The notes beneath the pieces are model-generated. The model did no database searches. It was not told the DNA's origin and was given only the letters and a program-made list of their open reading frames with translations. A program made the position numbers and the translations under genes. Below are positions 27,679-36,857 of a DNA stretch of 64,000 nucleotides, one piece after another. The stretch is from Candidatus Microgenomates bacterium (lineage in GTDB: Bacteria > Patescibacteriota > Microgenomatia > UBA1400 > UBA12108): NCBI GenBank assembly GCA_003576945.1, contig QEVC01000002.1, forward strand, positions 5,792-69,791, in the 5' to 3' direction. The first letter of the stretch is position 1, and each line of letters begins with the position of its first letter.

Positions 27679-28570
27679 ATGCTTTCATTCTAGCAAGCTC
27701 TAAGCTCTCTGGATACAGCGCGTAGTCCTGCCAGCGCTTGATCCCCCGCACAAGGTAATACAGCTCTACCGTCAATCTCTCCGGCAGGAGCATTACTAGC
27801 ATTGCCTGCACCATCAGCTTGAGTATCGAGATCACACTCGGTCGATAACCCATATCTTTTATCGCCTTCATTCTGATTTTGAGCAAGTTGATAAAGTTGC
27901 GCCGCACATGAGCTAGTGAGTCATTGTGACCATGGATACGGTAAAAAAGTAACGGGGTGGCAATATTGGCAAAAACCTTCCCGCTTGTCAGGTAGGTAAA
28001 AAAGGTCAAATAGTCGTTGTTGGCTAGATACTCTATCCGGTAAAAAGATTTCGGGTTTACAGAACTGGCTCGTACCATCACGCTCGGGTGGATCATAGGG
28101 TGAAAAGTAAAAAACTCTCGCTCGATCTCACTATGTTTGATCGGTACTCGCTTTTGCCCTACTTCGCGCCCCTCTCTATCAATTACGATTGCGTTTGATC
28201 CTACGATATCAACTCGTTTATTTTTCTCCAAAAAAGCTACCTGTGTAGCTAATCGAGTCGGTAGTGCAACATCATCTCCGTCCATCCGGGCAATATAAGC
28301 TCCTCGGGCTTTAGCGAACCCGATATTCCCTGCTATATCACCTCCCGCATTACGGTTATTCCGCAATCGGTAAGCTCTAATTTTCTTGGTGTATTTTTTG
28401 GCAAAATTACTCACTATCTTCCAGGTATTATCCGTCGACGCATCGTCAATAATAATTAGTTCCCAGTTGGTATATGTTTGGTTAATGATCGACTCTATTG
28501 CTTGCCCGACAAACTCCCCCGCGTTATACACAGGCATCACCACACTAACTAATGGTTCTTTTCGTTTCAT
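27635..28570 (-). CDS. family 2 glycosyltransferase (polyprenyl-phosphate sugar synthase-like)
   Basis: 'VSVVMPVYNAGEFVGQAIESIINQTYTNWELIIIDDASTDNT' with the GT2 DxD motif. Confidence 0.85.
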   Translation of the reverse strand: MKRKEPLVSVVMPVYNAGEFVGQAIESIINQTYTNWELIIIDDASTDNTWKIVSNFAKKYTKKIRAYRLRNNRNAGGDIAGNIGFAKARGAYIARMDGDDVALPTRLATQVAFLEKNKRVDIVGSNAIVIDREGREVGQKRVPIKHSEIEREFFTFHPMIHPSVMVRASSVNPKSFYRIEYLANNDYLTFFTYLTSGKVFANIATPLLFYRIHGHNDSLAHVRRNFINLLKIRMKAIKDMGYRPSVISILKLMVQAMLVMLLPERLTVELYYLVRGIKRWQDYALYPESLELARMKAYAQAVVGSIFISSR

Positions 28571-28684
28571 AAGTTTTTGGACACAAAAATTTTATGTGCA
28601 AAAACTTACACGGCACAGAGAATTGATCCAAAGGGGACCAACCTCTGTGCCGGTAAGGCAATACGGGTGCAGGACTCAAACCTG

Positions 28685-29296
28685 CTAAGGCGCCACGCGG
28701 CGATCAAAGCGGACACGGAGCAAACCGTTGGCGATGAGATCGTCAACAGAAACAAAGCTGAAATAGCTTGTGTCTTGCATCCGTTGAGACATATGTGCCT
28801 GCATTTGTCGCTGAACTTCAGCAAACAAACACGAAGACTCATAGTCCCATCCGCGCCCTGCGCCGTTGACCACGTCGACCGAAAGTCCAGTCGGGATGAA
28901 GGTAGTAATCTCCTTCTTTCCCCAACCAGAAACCTTCTGGCCTCCGATGGTAACAGTTTCAGGCACGCCGCCAGGAAACCAGACATCGAGAACGATGCCA
29001 GCAGAGTCATTCGAAGCCGTGACTTCGTATGTCTCGCCAGCGCCATTGCTCGGTGCCCAAGGACCGAGGTCCCGGGCTTGACCGCAATAAGCGGAGTTGG
29101 CGGGCTGGGCGGGATTGTCATTCGCGACTGGGGCCTCTGCGGTGGCCTCGGGAGCGGGTACAGTCGCGGGCGTGTCGGACGTATCCAGGCTAACCCCATT
29201 GGGGCCAGCCGAAAACGTGCACGCCAGGGTTGCGGTTGCGAGGACCAGAACGGTCAACGCAATGAACAGGGGGGGTTTGGAGGTGTAGGGGGACAT
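28685..29296 (-). CDS. GC-rich lipoprotein (signal peptide + lipobox LAC), probably horizontally acquired
   Basis: 'MSPYTSKPPLFIALTVLVLATATLACTFS'. Local GC is about 60% against ~42% elsewhere. Overlapping plus-strand ORFs judged spurious. Confidence 0.55.
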   Translation of the reverse strand: MSPYTSKPPLFIALTVLVLATATLACTFSAGPNGVSLDTSDTPATVPAPEATAEAPVANDNPAQPANSAYCGQARDLGPWAPSNGAGETYEVTASNDSAGIVLDVWFPGGVPETVTIGGQKVSGWGKKEITTFIPTGLSVDVVNGAGRGWDYESSCLFAEVQRQMQAHMSQRMQDTSYFSFVSVDDLIANGLLRVRFDRRVAP

Positions 29297-29576
29297 TTTT
29301 TAGGCTTCCTTTCAAGAGCCTAACCTGCATAGAAATTTTCTACACAAATAAGGCTCCTGAGGTGTAACCTACCCTCTACTCGAATCCATCTTTACCCTTC
29401 CGTTGCCCATCCCATCCTTGCAGATGGTTGCGGCGCCGGAGTTTTTTGTTCTCCCGATTTTCATCGGGGAACCCGTATGCCTTGTTAAAGAACTAGCCCG
29501 CCACATTTTGCCGTGAGGCAATATGGGCTGGGCTGCTCTCATCCCAAACTATTACTCGCAACGAGTAGGTTTGAGT

Positions 29577-29677
29577 CTCGAGCTCCTGCCTCTATTTCTA
29601 GTAGCAGGTAGCTGCCTACTGTTACCAATAGACAAATACCTAATACTTATCTCTTATTCACTATAGGATATCACACT
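29577..29677 (+). repeat. copy A of a ~100-bp direct-repeat module (tcgagctcctgcc...ctagtagcaggtagctgcctactgttaccaatagacaaatacctaatac..cactataggatatcacact)
   Basis: About 95% identical to 30407-30506. Ends at the ATG of the MNT gene and is promoter-like. Confidence 0.8.
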
Positions 29678-30022
29678 ATGTCAAATTATTTATGTTATAC
29701 TTGGGGCATGAAGACCAATCCCTTGAGTAAATACCAAGACAAGATCAGCGAGCTGGCACAAAAGCACCACATCTCTTATCTTGCCCTCTTTGGCTCTCAC
29801 GCCAGAGGCGAAGCTAAGCAAGATAGTGACATAGATCTTCTAGTCGATTTTAAGCGCACTCCCGATCTAATCGAACTTTATGATGCCGAACAAGATTATG
29901 CCCGATTACTCAAAAAAGACCTTGATTTTGTAACAGTCGGCGGGCTTAATAAATATATTAAACCTTATATCCTACCAGACTTAATTACACTCTATGGCAC
30001 AAGACCCACAAGTATTTCTTAA
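29678..30022 (+). CDS. nucleotidyltransferase (MNT/MntA-like antitoxin)
   Basis: 'LALFGSHARGEAKQDSDIDLLVDF' GSx10DxD NTase motif. Confidence 0.8.
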   Translation: MSNYLCYTWGMKTNPLSKYQDKISELAQKHHISYLALFGSHARGEAKQDSDIDLLVDFKRTPDLIELYDAEQDYARLLKKDLDFVTVGGLNKYIKPYILPDLITLYGTRPTSIS

Positions 30023-30332
30023 ACAAATTCGTGATTACTGTGACAAAGTAATTGCTCACACAAAAGACATGTCGCTTGCCGATTTCAAGAGAAAAGAAAT
30101 TGTACAACTTGGTGTCATCAAACTCCTCGAAATGATCGGCGAAGCATGTAACAAACTAGAAAATAATTTTCGTGCCACTCATCCAGAAATCCCTTGGCGA
30201 CCCATTATTGGGATGCGCAATCGTACCGTCCACGAATATTGGGACATCAATCTCCCCATCGTGTGGAAAACTGCCATCATCAGAGTGCCAGAGCTACGAG
30301 ATTTGATTGCGCAACTCATTGACCCAGAGTGA
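29994..30332 (+). CDS. HEPN-domain toxin (HepT/DUF86)
   Basis: 'GMRNRTVHEY' Rx4-6H HEPN motif. Overlaps the MNT gene by 29 nt. Confidence 0.8.
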   Translation: MAQDPQVFLKQIRDYCDKVIAHTKDMSLADFKRKEIVQLGVIKLLEMIGEACNKLENNFRATHPEIPWRPIIGMRNRTVHEYWDINLPIVWKTAIIRVPELRDLIAQLIDPE

Positions 30333-30406
30333 TATCCTACATTTATTTATTTGTTAAAGAACTGCTCAATTTTTCGGGTTTTACACGCAGTGTGCATACC
30401 CAAAAT

Positions 30407-30506
30407 CTCGAGCTCCTGCTTCTACCTCTAGTAGCAGGTAGCTGCCTACTGTTACCAATAGACAAATACCTAATACCCATCTCTTATTCACTATAGGATA
30501 TCACAC
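30407..30506 (+). repeat. copy B of the ~100-bp module
   Basis: Followed by a short terminator-bounded transcript unit (30507-30636) instead of the MNT-HEPN pair. Confidence 0.8.
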
Positions 30507-30597
30507 TGTGTCAAGCCGTAGGTCCTGAGCGGAGTCGAAGGGATTATAGAGTTATCTGACTCTCCCCTCTTTTGTATTAAACCAACCTCACTAAAGC

Positions 30598-30636
30598 CCC
30601 CTGCAACAATCGAAAGATTCTTTGCAGGGTTTTTTA
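30598..30636 (+). terminator. intrinsic terminator (ccctgcaa...ttgcaggg + T6)
   Basis: 8-bp inverted repeat with a 13-nt loop followed by tttttt. Would end a ~125-nt transcript starting at the copy B promoter. Confidence 0.5.
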
Positions 30637-30955
30637 AGCTATGCTCGATTTATGAGCAAATCATTGCATACGACTATCTTGATAGACGACAGCAACTTCT
30701 TTTTCAAGCTCAAGGGTCTCAAAATCAAAAATCTCCTCAACTTCGACTTTGGCAAATTTCCCGAGTTTCTCGCAGGTGACAAACCAGTCTTCCAAGTTAT
30801 GCTTTAACCCAAAACACCCAGCACTCCACTCTCTTAACCAAAAGTGACATCCTACAATTTATTTAGTTTTTAAAGAACACCTGCTAGTAGCAGGTACACG
30901 TCTTCAAGGTCGGACCTTGAAGGCACATATCCACCACTGTGATATACTCAAATTT

Positions 30956-31207
30956 ATGAAAACTAAACCTAGCGCAACCACCAGCGGATTTCACGCTTTA
31001 GTCTGGCAAGAGGACGATCTTTTTGTTGCCAAAACTATTGAAATCGAGCTAGCTAGCCAAGGAAAAACCAAGAAAGAAGCTCTCAAAAACCTCGAAGAGG
31101 CCATCGAGCTCTACTTCCAGGACGAACCCAAGACAATCTTCAACTCAACCGCTCTACATAACCTCACATTCGAACAGATTAATCCTCGCTATCCCAACTA
31201 TGCCTAA
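30956..31207 (+). CDS. hicB: HicB-family antitoxin
   Basis: 'FHALVWQEDDLFVAKTIEIELASQGKTKKEALKNLEEAIELYFQD' UPF0150/HicB fold. Start trimmed from 30917. Confidence 0.7.
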   Translation: MKTKPSATTSGFHALVWQEDDLFVAKTIEIELASQGKTKKEALKNLEEAIELYFQDEPKTIFNSTALHNLTFEQINPRYPNYA

Positions 31208-31421
31208 GCGCTATACGGCCAAACAAGTTCTCAAAGCATTGCATCGACTCGGATTTTCAGAAGTTACCAAGAAAGGTAGTCATCTTAAAGTCAGGGGTAT
31301 TCGCGACGGCAAGCTGCAAACAGCCATCATCCCCATGCACCGGGAGGTCGCTATTGGCACGCTTTCCTCGATTCTTCGCCAAGCCAATGTGACCAAGCAA
31401 GAACTAGAAGACAATATTTAG
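31200..31421 (+). CDS. hicA: HicA-family mRNA interferase toxin
   Basis: 'KQVLKALHRLGFSEVTKKGSHLKV...IPMHREVAIGTLSSILRQANV'. Overlaps hicB by 8 nt. Confidence 0.75.
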   Translation: MPKRYTAKQVLKALHRLGFSEVTKKGSHLKVRGIRDGKLQTAIIPMHREVAIGTLSSILRQANVTKQELEDNI

Positions 31422-31618
31422 TTTTCATTTTTTAATGTGCCCCTAAGGTTAACCCTAGGAATCTGGACTACGAACCTGCCCCGGTCGTAATTCAGATTTC
31501 CAAGGTCAAAAAGACCTATAGCTATTTTGTTTTAAGGTACGACCCACTTCTTAGTGGTTTTGCCCTAAGTCGAATGTGTGGGTGGCTCAGGGCAAAGCCA
31601 AAAAGGTAATGGGAAAGT

Positions 31619-31885
31619 TTATCCTAGAATGTAGGATTTGTAGGTGAGCTTATATAGCCCAGTCGCAACGACAGCGGCTAGAGCAAAGCTACCTAAGAGC
31701 TTGTAAAGGTCGTTACTAGCGCCAGTCTCCACCACTTCGTGAGTAACAGTAGTGGTAGTAGTCGTGGTCTCACCACAAACTTCGCCACCACCATAAACAG
31801 ACGAACAGGTTCGTACTGTCTCAGCCGAGACAGATGTTGCGGTAAGAGCGAGTAATGTGGTTGCGAGCACGATTGCTTTTTTCAT
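31619..31885 (-). CDS. small secreted Thr-rich protein with C-terminal membrane anchor (possible sortase substrate)
   Basis: Signal peptide, T7 run, 'VVETGAS' then a hydrophobic tail. The sortase gene is 1.2 kb away. Confidence 0.35.
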   Translation of the reverse strand: MKKAIVLATTLLALTATSVSAETVRTCSSVYGGGEVCGETTTTTTTVTHEVVETGASNDLYKLLGSFALAAVVATGLYKLTYKSYILG

Positions 31886-31911
31886 ATGGGGCGGATCTTA
31901 CCACCCTATAA

Positions 31912-33066
31912 TCATTTTGTCAACCCTATAAGCCTATCTAGATAATTATTTTCATTAATCACCATACCAGTATTTTTCAATGGGAAGATGTCATTTATTT
32001 CCCCAGAATTTACTTTAATTTCTACTGTCGTATAATTTTTCTTATAATCCTCAATCACTAGATCAATTTCTCGGCCACCGTACTCCCGATAAAAATAGTA
32101 ATTAAGATTTAACCCATACAGCCTTCTCAATTTCTCAAGCTCTACCAAGATAAAGTTTTCAAATACACCTCCCCTATCTGGTCTAAGCTCTAGATCACGA
32201 AAATCCTTAACGAGCATATTACGAACTCCCAGGTCATAAAAATAGAGTTTTCGATTTTCTGAAACTGCGCGCCTAGCATTTGTTTTGAAAGATGGTAGTG
32301 GTATCAAAATATAGTTCTTAATAAAAATTTCAATATAATTAGCGACAGTCGTGTGATAGGCACCTAGCGAATTGGCTATTTCACGCACCGACACCTCACT
32401 CCCGATCTGAAGCGCTATTTTGGTTAAAATATCTTTAGCAAGTTTTTGATTCTTCAATTCATATATGTCAATTACATCCTTTAACACATAAGCATCGAGT
32501 ATTCGCTGCAATTTTTCGGTTCTTTCATTCTCTGACTTTCCTCGACTGGTATAAATCTCAGGATAATTGCCCCATATCTGCGCAAACTTGCTCAACTTCA
32601 AGTCAAAAGTACTTCTTTCAGATTGTTTTGGTTTCTCATTATCCAAAATCTCGACTACCGACAGCGGTAAACAATATATTTCACGGTATCTCCCTGCCAA
32701 AGAATCAAACTCTCTGCCGCTTTTTTGCCTTAGCTCAGAGCTCCCCGTCGCAATAACCTTAACCTTATATTCATCATGGAGTATTTTTAACATTACCGTT
32801 GCTTCTGGATAATTTTGAATTTCATCGATCAATACTACTTTATTATCTGCAACTATTCTCTCTAAAACCTCAGCTCTTGGTGCAAATTTGTCTCTATCAG
32901 ACACCAAATCAAAGTTGTATTTTGTGACACGTAACTTCTTTGCCAAATTTTCAATTAAAGTCGTTTTACCCGAACGTCTTGGACCCCAGATAAACAAAAT
33001 AGAGTCGTCGTCGCTCTTCAAGTACGCTTCTATATCATTCTCAATCACTCTCTTAATTAGCTTCAT
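31912..33066 (-). CDS. AAA-family ATPase with DUF4143-like C-terminal domain
   Basis: Walker A 'GPRRSGKTTLI', Walker B 'VVLIDEIQ'. Confidence 0.7.
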   Translation of the reverse strand: MKLIKRVIENDIEAYLKSDDDSILFIWGPRRSGKTTLIENLAKKLRVTKYNFDLVSDRDKFAPRAEVLERIVADNKVVLIDEIQNYPEATVMLKILHDEYKVKVIATGSSELRQKSGREFDSLAGRYREIYCLPLSVVEILDNEKPKQSERSTFDLKLSKFAQIWGNYPEIYTSRGKSENERTEKLQRILDAYVLKDVIDIYELKNQKLAKDILTKIALQIGSEVSVREIANSLGAYHTTVANYIEIFIKNYILIPLPSFKTNARRAVSENRKLYFYDLGVRNMLVKDFRDLELRPDRGGVFENFILVELEKLRRLYGLNLNYYFYREYGGREIDLVIEDYKKNYTTVEIKVNSGEINDIFPLKNTGMVINENNYLDRLIGLTK

Positions 33067-33126
33067 ATCTATATATTACTACCATTTTGGAGTTTGTCAA
33101 ACTCCAAATTAATATCATTTTGGAGT

Positions 33127-33840
33127 TTAAGAAATTAACTCTGCATACACAATAATCCTGATCGGCGACACTAAAAATTTACAGGTATACAATATCAAAT
33201 CACTCGAGTAATCACTGATCTCTGTCCCCTCCTCCACCTTTGTCACTTTGTAGGTATAGCGGTGTTGATTCCAGGTCAAAACCACACTCTCTCCCACTTT
33301 CACATCTGGCAAGTTGTAAAAAGAATGTTTTTCCCGATAATCCTGAGTCCAGGCGGTATAGCCAAACCGGTGCGCCGCCAAAATTATGGGTCGTCCTCCA
33401 CTAGACTCGGGAGTCGCAAACTCAGGCACCCGCCAAACCCCTTTGCGTAATGCTTCTTCATACGCTGAGCTAGATGCCTCCCACACTGTGGTATCTATAC
33501 CGAGAGTCGGTACAGCCAAGTATTGACCCTCAGGCAGGCTAGGATCTCGGGCAATGCTCGGCTTAGGTTCATCTGGTACCGCAACAGGCTCTTGCCTGAT
33601 AAACGCTGCCTCACTCTCATCACCAGTCTTGACTAGCGCTGTCGAAAGTAGCTTGGTCGTACTCGGCACGACTGTGTAATAAAGATAAAGAAAAACTGGG
33701 TATGAGGAAAGTAATGCAAAAATCCCCCAGAGTCCAATCGCCATCCCAGCAAAAACTAACGCGAGGGTCGACGGTCCACGTTTGTAAATAATCTGATATT
33801 TTCTCTCTCTGCGCCTCTTCCACAATGTCCAGTAGTCCAT
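33127..33840 (-). CDS. sortase (transpeptidase)
   Basis: N-terminal TM, catalytic His 'ILAAHRFGY', catalytic Cys 'LILYTCK'. Confidence 0.75.
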   Translation of the reverse strand: MDYWTLWKRRRERKYQIIYKRGPSTLALVFAGMAIGLWGIFALLSSYPVFLYLYYTVVPSTTKLLSTALVKTGDESEAAFIRQEPVAVPDEPKPSIARDPSLPEGQYLAVPTLGIDTTVWEASSSAYEEALRKGVWRVPEFATPESSGGRPIILAAHRFGYTAWTQDYREKHSFYNLPDVKVGESVVLTWNQHRYTYKVTKVEEGTEISDYSSDLILYTCKFLVSPIRIIVYAELIS

Positions 33841-33845
33841 GAGTA

Positions 33846-34484
33846 CTATTGTAGCTCAAATCGCTCTGCAACTACTCTCCATATCTCCTCCGAAACCTTT
33901 TCGATACTTTGGTTCGCATCTATTACTACAAAACGCTTCGGCTCACTTTCTGCTAGACTAAGATAAGCCTCGCGCACTTTTGTATGAAAGTCTTTACTTT
34001 TCAAATCTAGCCGGTCATTTTTATCGCTTGCCGCCCTCCTAGCTAGCCCTACTTCGACCGACACATCAAGCAAAAAAGTAATATCCGGATAAGTATCTTT
34101 GGTTGATAGTCCATTCAATTCCTTAATTATTTCGACTCCAAAATCACGCACAATTCCCTGATACACAATTGACGAGTCACTAGTCCGATCCGCGAGCACC
34201 CACTTACCAGTTTCAAGAGATGGTAATATCAACTCTCGATATACCTGAGCTCTTGCTGCCTGAAATAAAAGTACTTCAGTGGTATATGCCATGCCCATGT
34301 TTTTGATTGATAGCACTACCTCACGGATTTGTTCCGAAATCGCTGTTCCCCCTGGTTCACGAATTAGAACAATCTTTTTCCCCAGCTCTTCGAGCTTTTC
34401 GCGCAAACGGACTATTTGGACACTCTTACCAGCTCCTTCTCCACCCTCAAAACTAATAAAAACACCAGGCGAATTGTTTATCAT
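33846..34484 (-). CDS. tmk: thymidylate kinase
   Basis: 'ISFEGGEGAGKS' P-loop and 'REPGGT'. Start trimmed from 34520. Confidence 0.85.
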   Translation of the reverse strand: MINNSPGVFISFEGGEGAGKSVQIVRLREKLEELGKKIVLIREPGGTAISEQIREVVLSIKNMGMAYTTEVLLFQAARAQVYRELILPSLETGKWVLADRTSDSSIVYQGIVRDFGVEIIKELNGLSTKDTYPDITFLLDVSVEVGLARRAASDKNDRLDLKSKDFHTKVREAYLSLAESEPKRFVVIDANQSIEKVSEEIWRVVAERFELQ

Positions 34485-34545
34485 CACAACATCGTACCTT
34501 AAACTTATGTCACGAGGCAAGATTATCAGAATAGCTTAAACTGCC

Positions 34546-36759
34546 TCAACCGCACACCGCAAAGCCGCACCCATAGCATTTGCGACACCCCTCCTCTATC
34601 GCCAGCTTGCCTCCACAATTGGGGCACTCCGACCCGATCTGGCTGTCTGATTTCTCTGATTTCCTGGTAATCTGAGTTTTCTGGTTGTCTGAATTCTCTG
34701 ACTTTCCCACATTTAGGACTTGCCCCTCTCTACTCCCATCTCGGTATACCGTTATTCCTTTACAGTGTAGTTCAGAGGCTTGATAGAAAACCTTAATCAC
34801 ATCATCCACCGTTGCGGTACTAGGTAAGTTAATGGTTTTTGACACCGCATTATCCGTGTATTTCTGAAAAGCTGCGAGCATGGCCACATGGTCCTCAGCA
34901 CTTAAATCCATCGCAGTGACAAAAACATCTCTAATCTCTTTGGGAATACTACTTATATGTTTAATACTGCCGTGTCGCGCGATCTCATCCATGAGTTCAG
35001 TCGAATATAGACCATTTACATGTTTGATCGCTTTAACCAGATCAGTGTTTACTTCGGGTAGGGTGTATTGACCCATGCTTTTTCTAAAGTAAGCGAGCGC
35101 AAAATGTGGCTCTATTCCCCCACTCGCATTCGTCATCATGCTAATAGTCCCAGTCGGTGCGATCGTCGTCACTGTCGCATTGCGAAAATGTTTATAGCCT
35201 CGCTTCTGCCAAAGAGAACCTTTGAAATTGGGGAAACTCCCCTTTTCCTTACCCAAGGCCGAAGATGTTTCCCAGCCAATTTTTTGCACAAATTTCATGA
35301 GTTTCTCAGCTAAGCTTAGTGCTTCTTTTGAGTTGTATGGAATATGCAATTTAACCAACATGTCAGCCCAGCCCATGACCCCTAAGCCTATCTTTCTATT
35401 TCCCCGTACAACTTCTGCCACTTTTTTAAGCGGGTACTCACAGACAGAGACCACATCATCTAACATTCGAACTGCAACGCGCACCGTCTCCTCTAACTTA
35501 CCCCAATCAATTCCCATTCCGGATTCACTGCTATACGGATTCACGGATTTACTATCATCTTTTACATGCACCGCCAAATTAATGCTTCCCAAATTACACG
35601 CTTCGTAAGACAAAAGTGGTTGCTCTCCACATAGGTTAACCGTCTCTAGTATTCCCACGTGTGGTGTGGGGTTATATTTATTAATCTCATCAACAAAAAT
35701 CAAACCTGGATCTCCATTTTTCCAAGCCATTCTGGCTGCTTCTTCCAGTATTCCTCGAGCCGAAACTCGTGCCGTTATCGCCCCATTACGTGGATTAATC
35801 AACTCCCACTCCTCATTATTTTTTGCTGCCTCCATAAATTTGTGGGTCACCGCGAGCGAGTAGTTAATATGGGGCAAGTTTGAGCCCGACTCTTTACAGT
35901 GAATAAAATCAATCACATCGGGGTGTGACACCGGCAGCGTTACCATATTTCCACTTCGTCTCTTGCCTGCCTGCAAATAGATATCTGAGGCATCGTTCAC
36001 GAGCTGCATGAGAGCTACTGGCCCACAAGCCGCACCCGAGGTCGTACTCACCCGATCATCCTTAGGTCGAATATGTCCAAAGGTAAACCCAACTCCTCCT
36101 CCATATTTTTTGAGTATCGAAGATTCTTTGAGAGATTCAAAGATCCCCTCGATATCGTCTGGCATCGGCATCACAAAACAGTTAGCCAGCTGATTATTGG
36201 GAGTCCCCGAGTTCGCGAGCGTCCTCCCACCAGGCATAAACCTCAGTTCTCGCATAATATGTTCAAACTTTTCTTGCCAAAGCTTTTTATCCTTCTTTTC
36301 GGCACTCGCCAAAAACTTGGCAGTTCGAGCAAACATTTCACCTACCGACTCCACTACTTCCCCGCTCTCATCTTTCCTAATATATTTTTCTCTAGCGACC
36401 GTTAATGCGTTTAGCGATAGTCCAACCTCATCATGAACTCCGAGTGCATGTTTTGCTGCTTCAACCTGTCTCTTCTTCTCTCTGTTTAAGATGTAGGCTT
36501 TCGCTGTTTTGTAATGCGATTTCTCAAGGAGTACTCGCTCCACCATATCCCCAATCTCCGCGCTCGTTACCCGCCTGATCCTCCCATACTGTTTTTTTAG
36601 CCGCTCCACCGCCTCATGCGCTAGTTCAACTGCTAGCTTATGATCTGTCCCACCAACATCTTGTGCCGCGAGGAAGATCGAGTCTGCTATCTTACCCACA
36701 TCTAATATTTGCTCACTCTCGTTCCGCTTTAAAACCGTAACCTTATTTGTTTTTTGCAT
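34546..36759 (-). CDS. nrdJ: adenosylcobalamin-dependent (class II) ribonucleotide reductase with ATP-cone and C-terminal zinc ribbon
   Basis: ATP-cone N-terminus, 'ANCFVM', 'NLCGEQPL', C-terminal 'CPNCGG..CRKCYGCG'. The linker 'SENSDNQKTQITRKSEKSDSQ' is encoded by a TCAGA-periodic repeat (34637-34706). An ACGGATTC repeat lies at 35521-35556. Confidence 0.85.
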   Translation of the reverse strand: MQKTNKVTVLKRNESEQILDVGKIADSIFLAAQDVGGTDHKLAVELAHEAVERLKKQYGRIRRVTSAEIGDMVERVLLEKSHYKTAKAYILNREKKRQVEAAKHALGVHDEVGLSLNALTVAREKYIRKDESGEVVESVGEMFARTAKFLASAEKKDKKLWQEKFEHIMRELRFMPGGRTLANSGTPNNQLANCFVMPMPDDIEGIFESLKESSILKKYGGGVGFTFGHIRPKDDRVSTTSGAACGPVALMQLVNDASDIYLQAGKRRSGNMVTLPVSHPDVIDFIHCKESGSNLPHINYSLAVTHKFMEAAKNNEEWELINPRNGAITARVSARGILEEAARMAWKNGDPGLIFVDEINKYNPTPHVGILETVNLCGEQPLLSYEACNLGSINLAVHVKDDSKSVNPYSSESGMGIDWGKLEETVRVAVRMLDDVVSVCEYPLKKVAEVVRGNRKIGLGVMGWADMLVKLHIPYNSKEALSLAEKLMKFVQKIGWETSSALGKEKGSFPNFKGSLWQKRGYKHFRNATVTTIAPTGTISMMTNASGGIEPHFALAYFRKSMGQYTLPEVNTDLVKAIKHVNGLYSTELMDEIARHGSIKHISSIPKEIRDVFVTAMDLSAEDHVAMLAAFQKYTDNAVSKTINLPSTATVDDVIKVFYQASELHCKGITVYRDGSREGQVLNVGKSENSDNQKTQITRKSEKSDSQIGSECPNCGGKLAIEEGCRKCYGCGFAVCG
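34637..34706. repeat. TCAGA/TCTGA-periodic element half-copy inside nrdJ
   Basis: Contains ctgagttttctggttgtctg (34672-34691), a 19/20 match to the four-helix-bundle flanking IR. Confidence 0.7.
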
Positions 36760-36857
36760 AATTCAAAATACTCGATACTAAATACTGTGACTCAGTCTAT
36801 CCATCCTACCGGACAAAACCCAACTCCTGCAATATTACAAAGTGGTACAGTAGAAGC

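Noticed and set aside
28577-29323. 248-aa plus-strand ORF and 197-aa minus ORF in the GC-rich segment
   Set aside because: They are antisense or overlapping the lipoprotein gene, which has a convincing signal peptide/lipobox. High GC suppresses stop codons, so these are likely artefacts.
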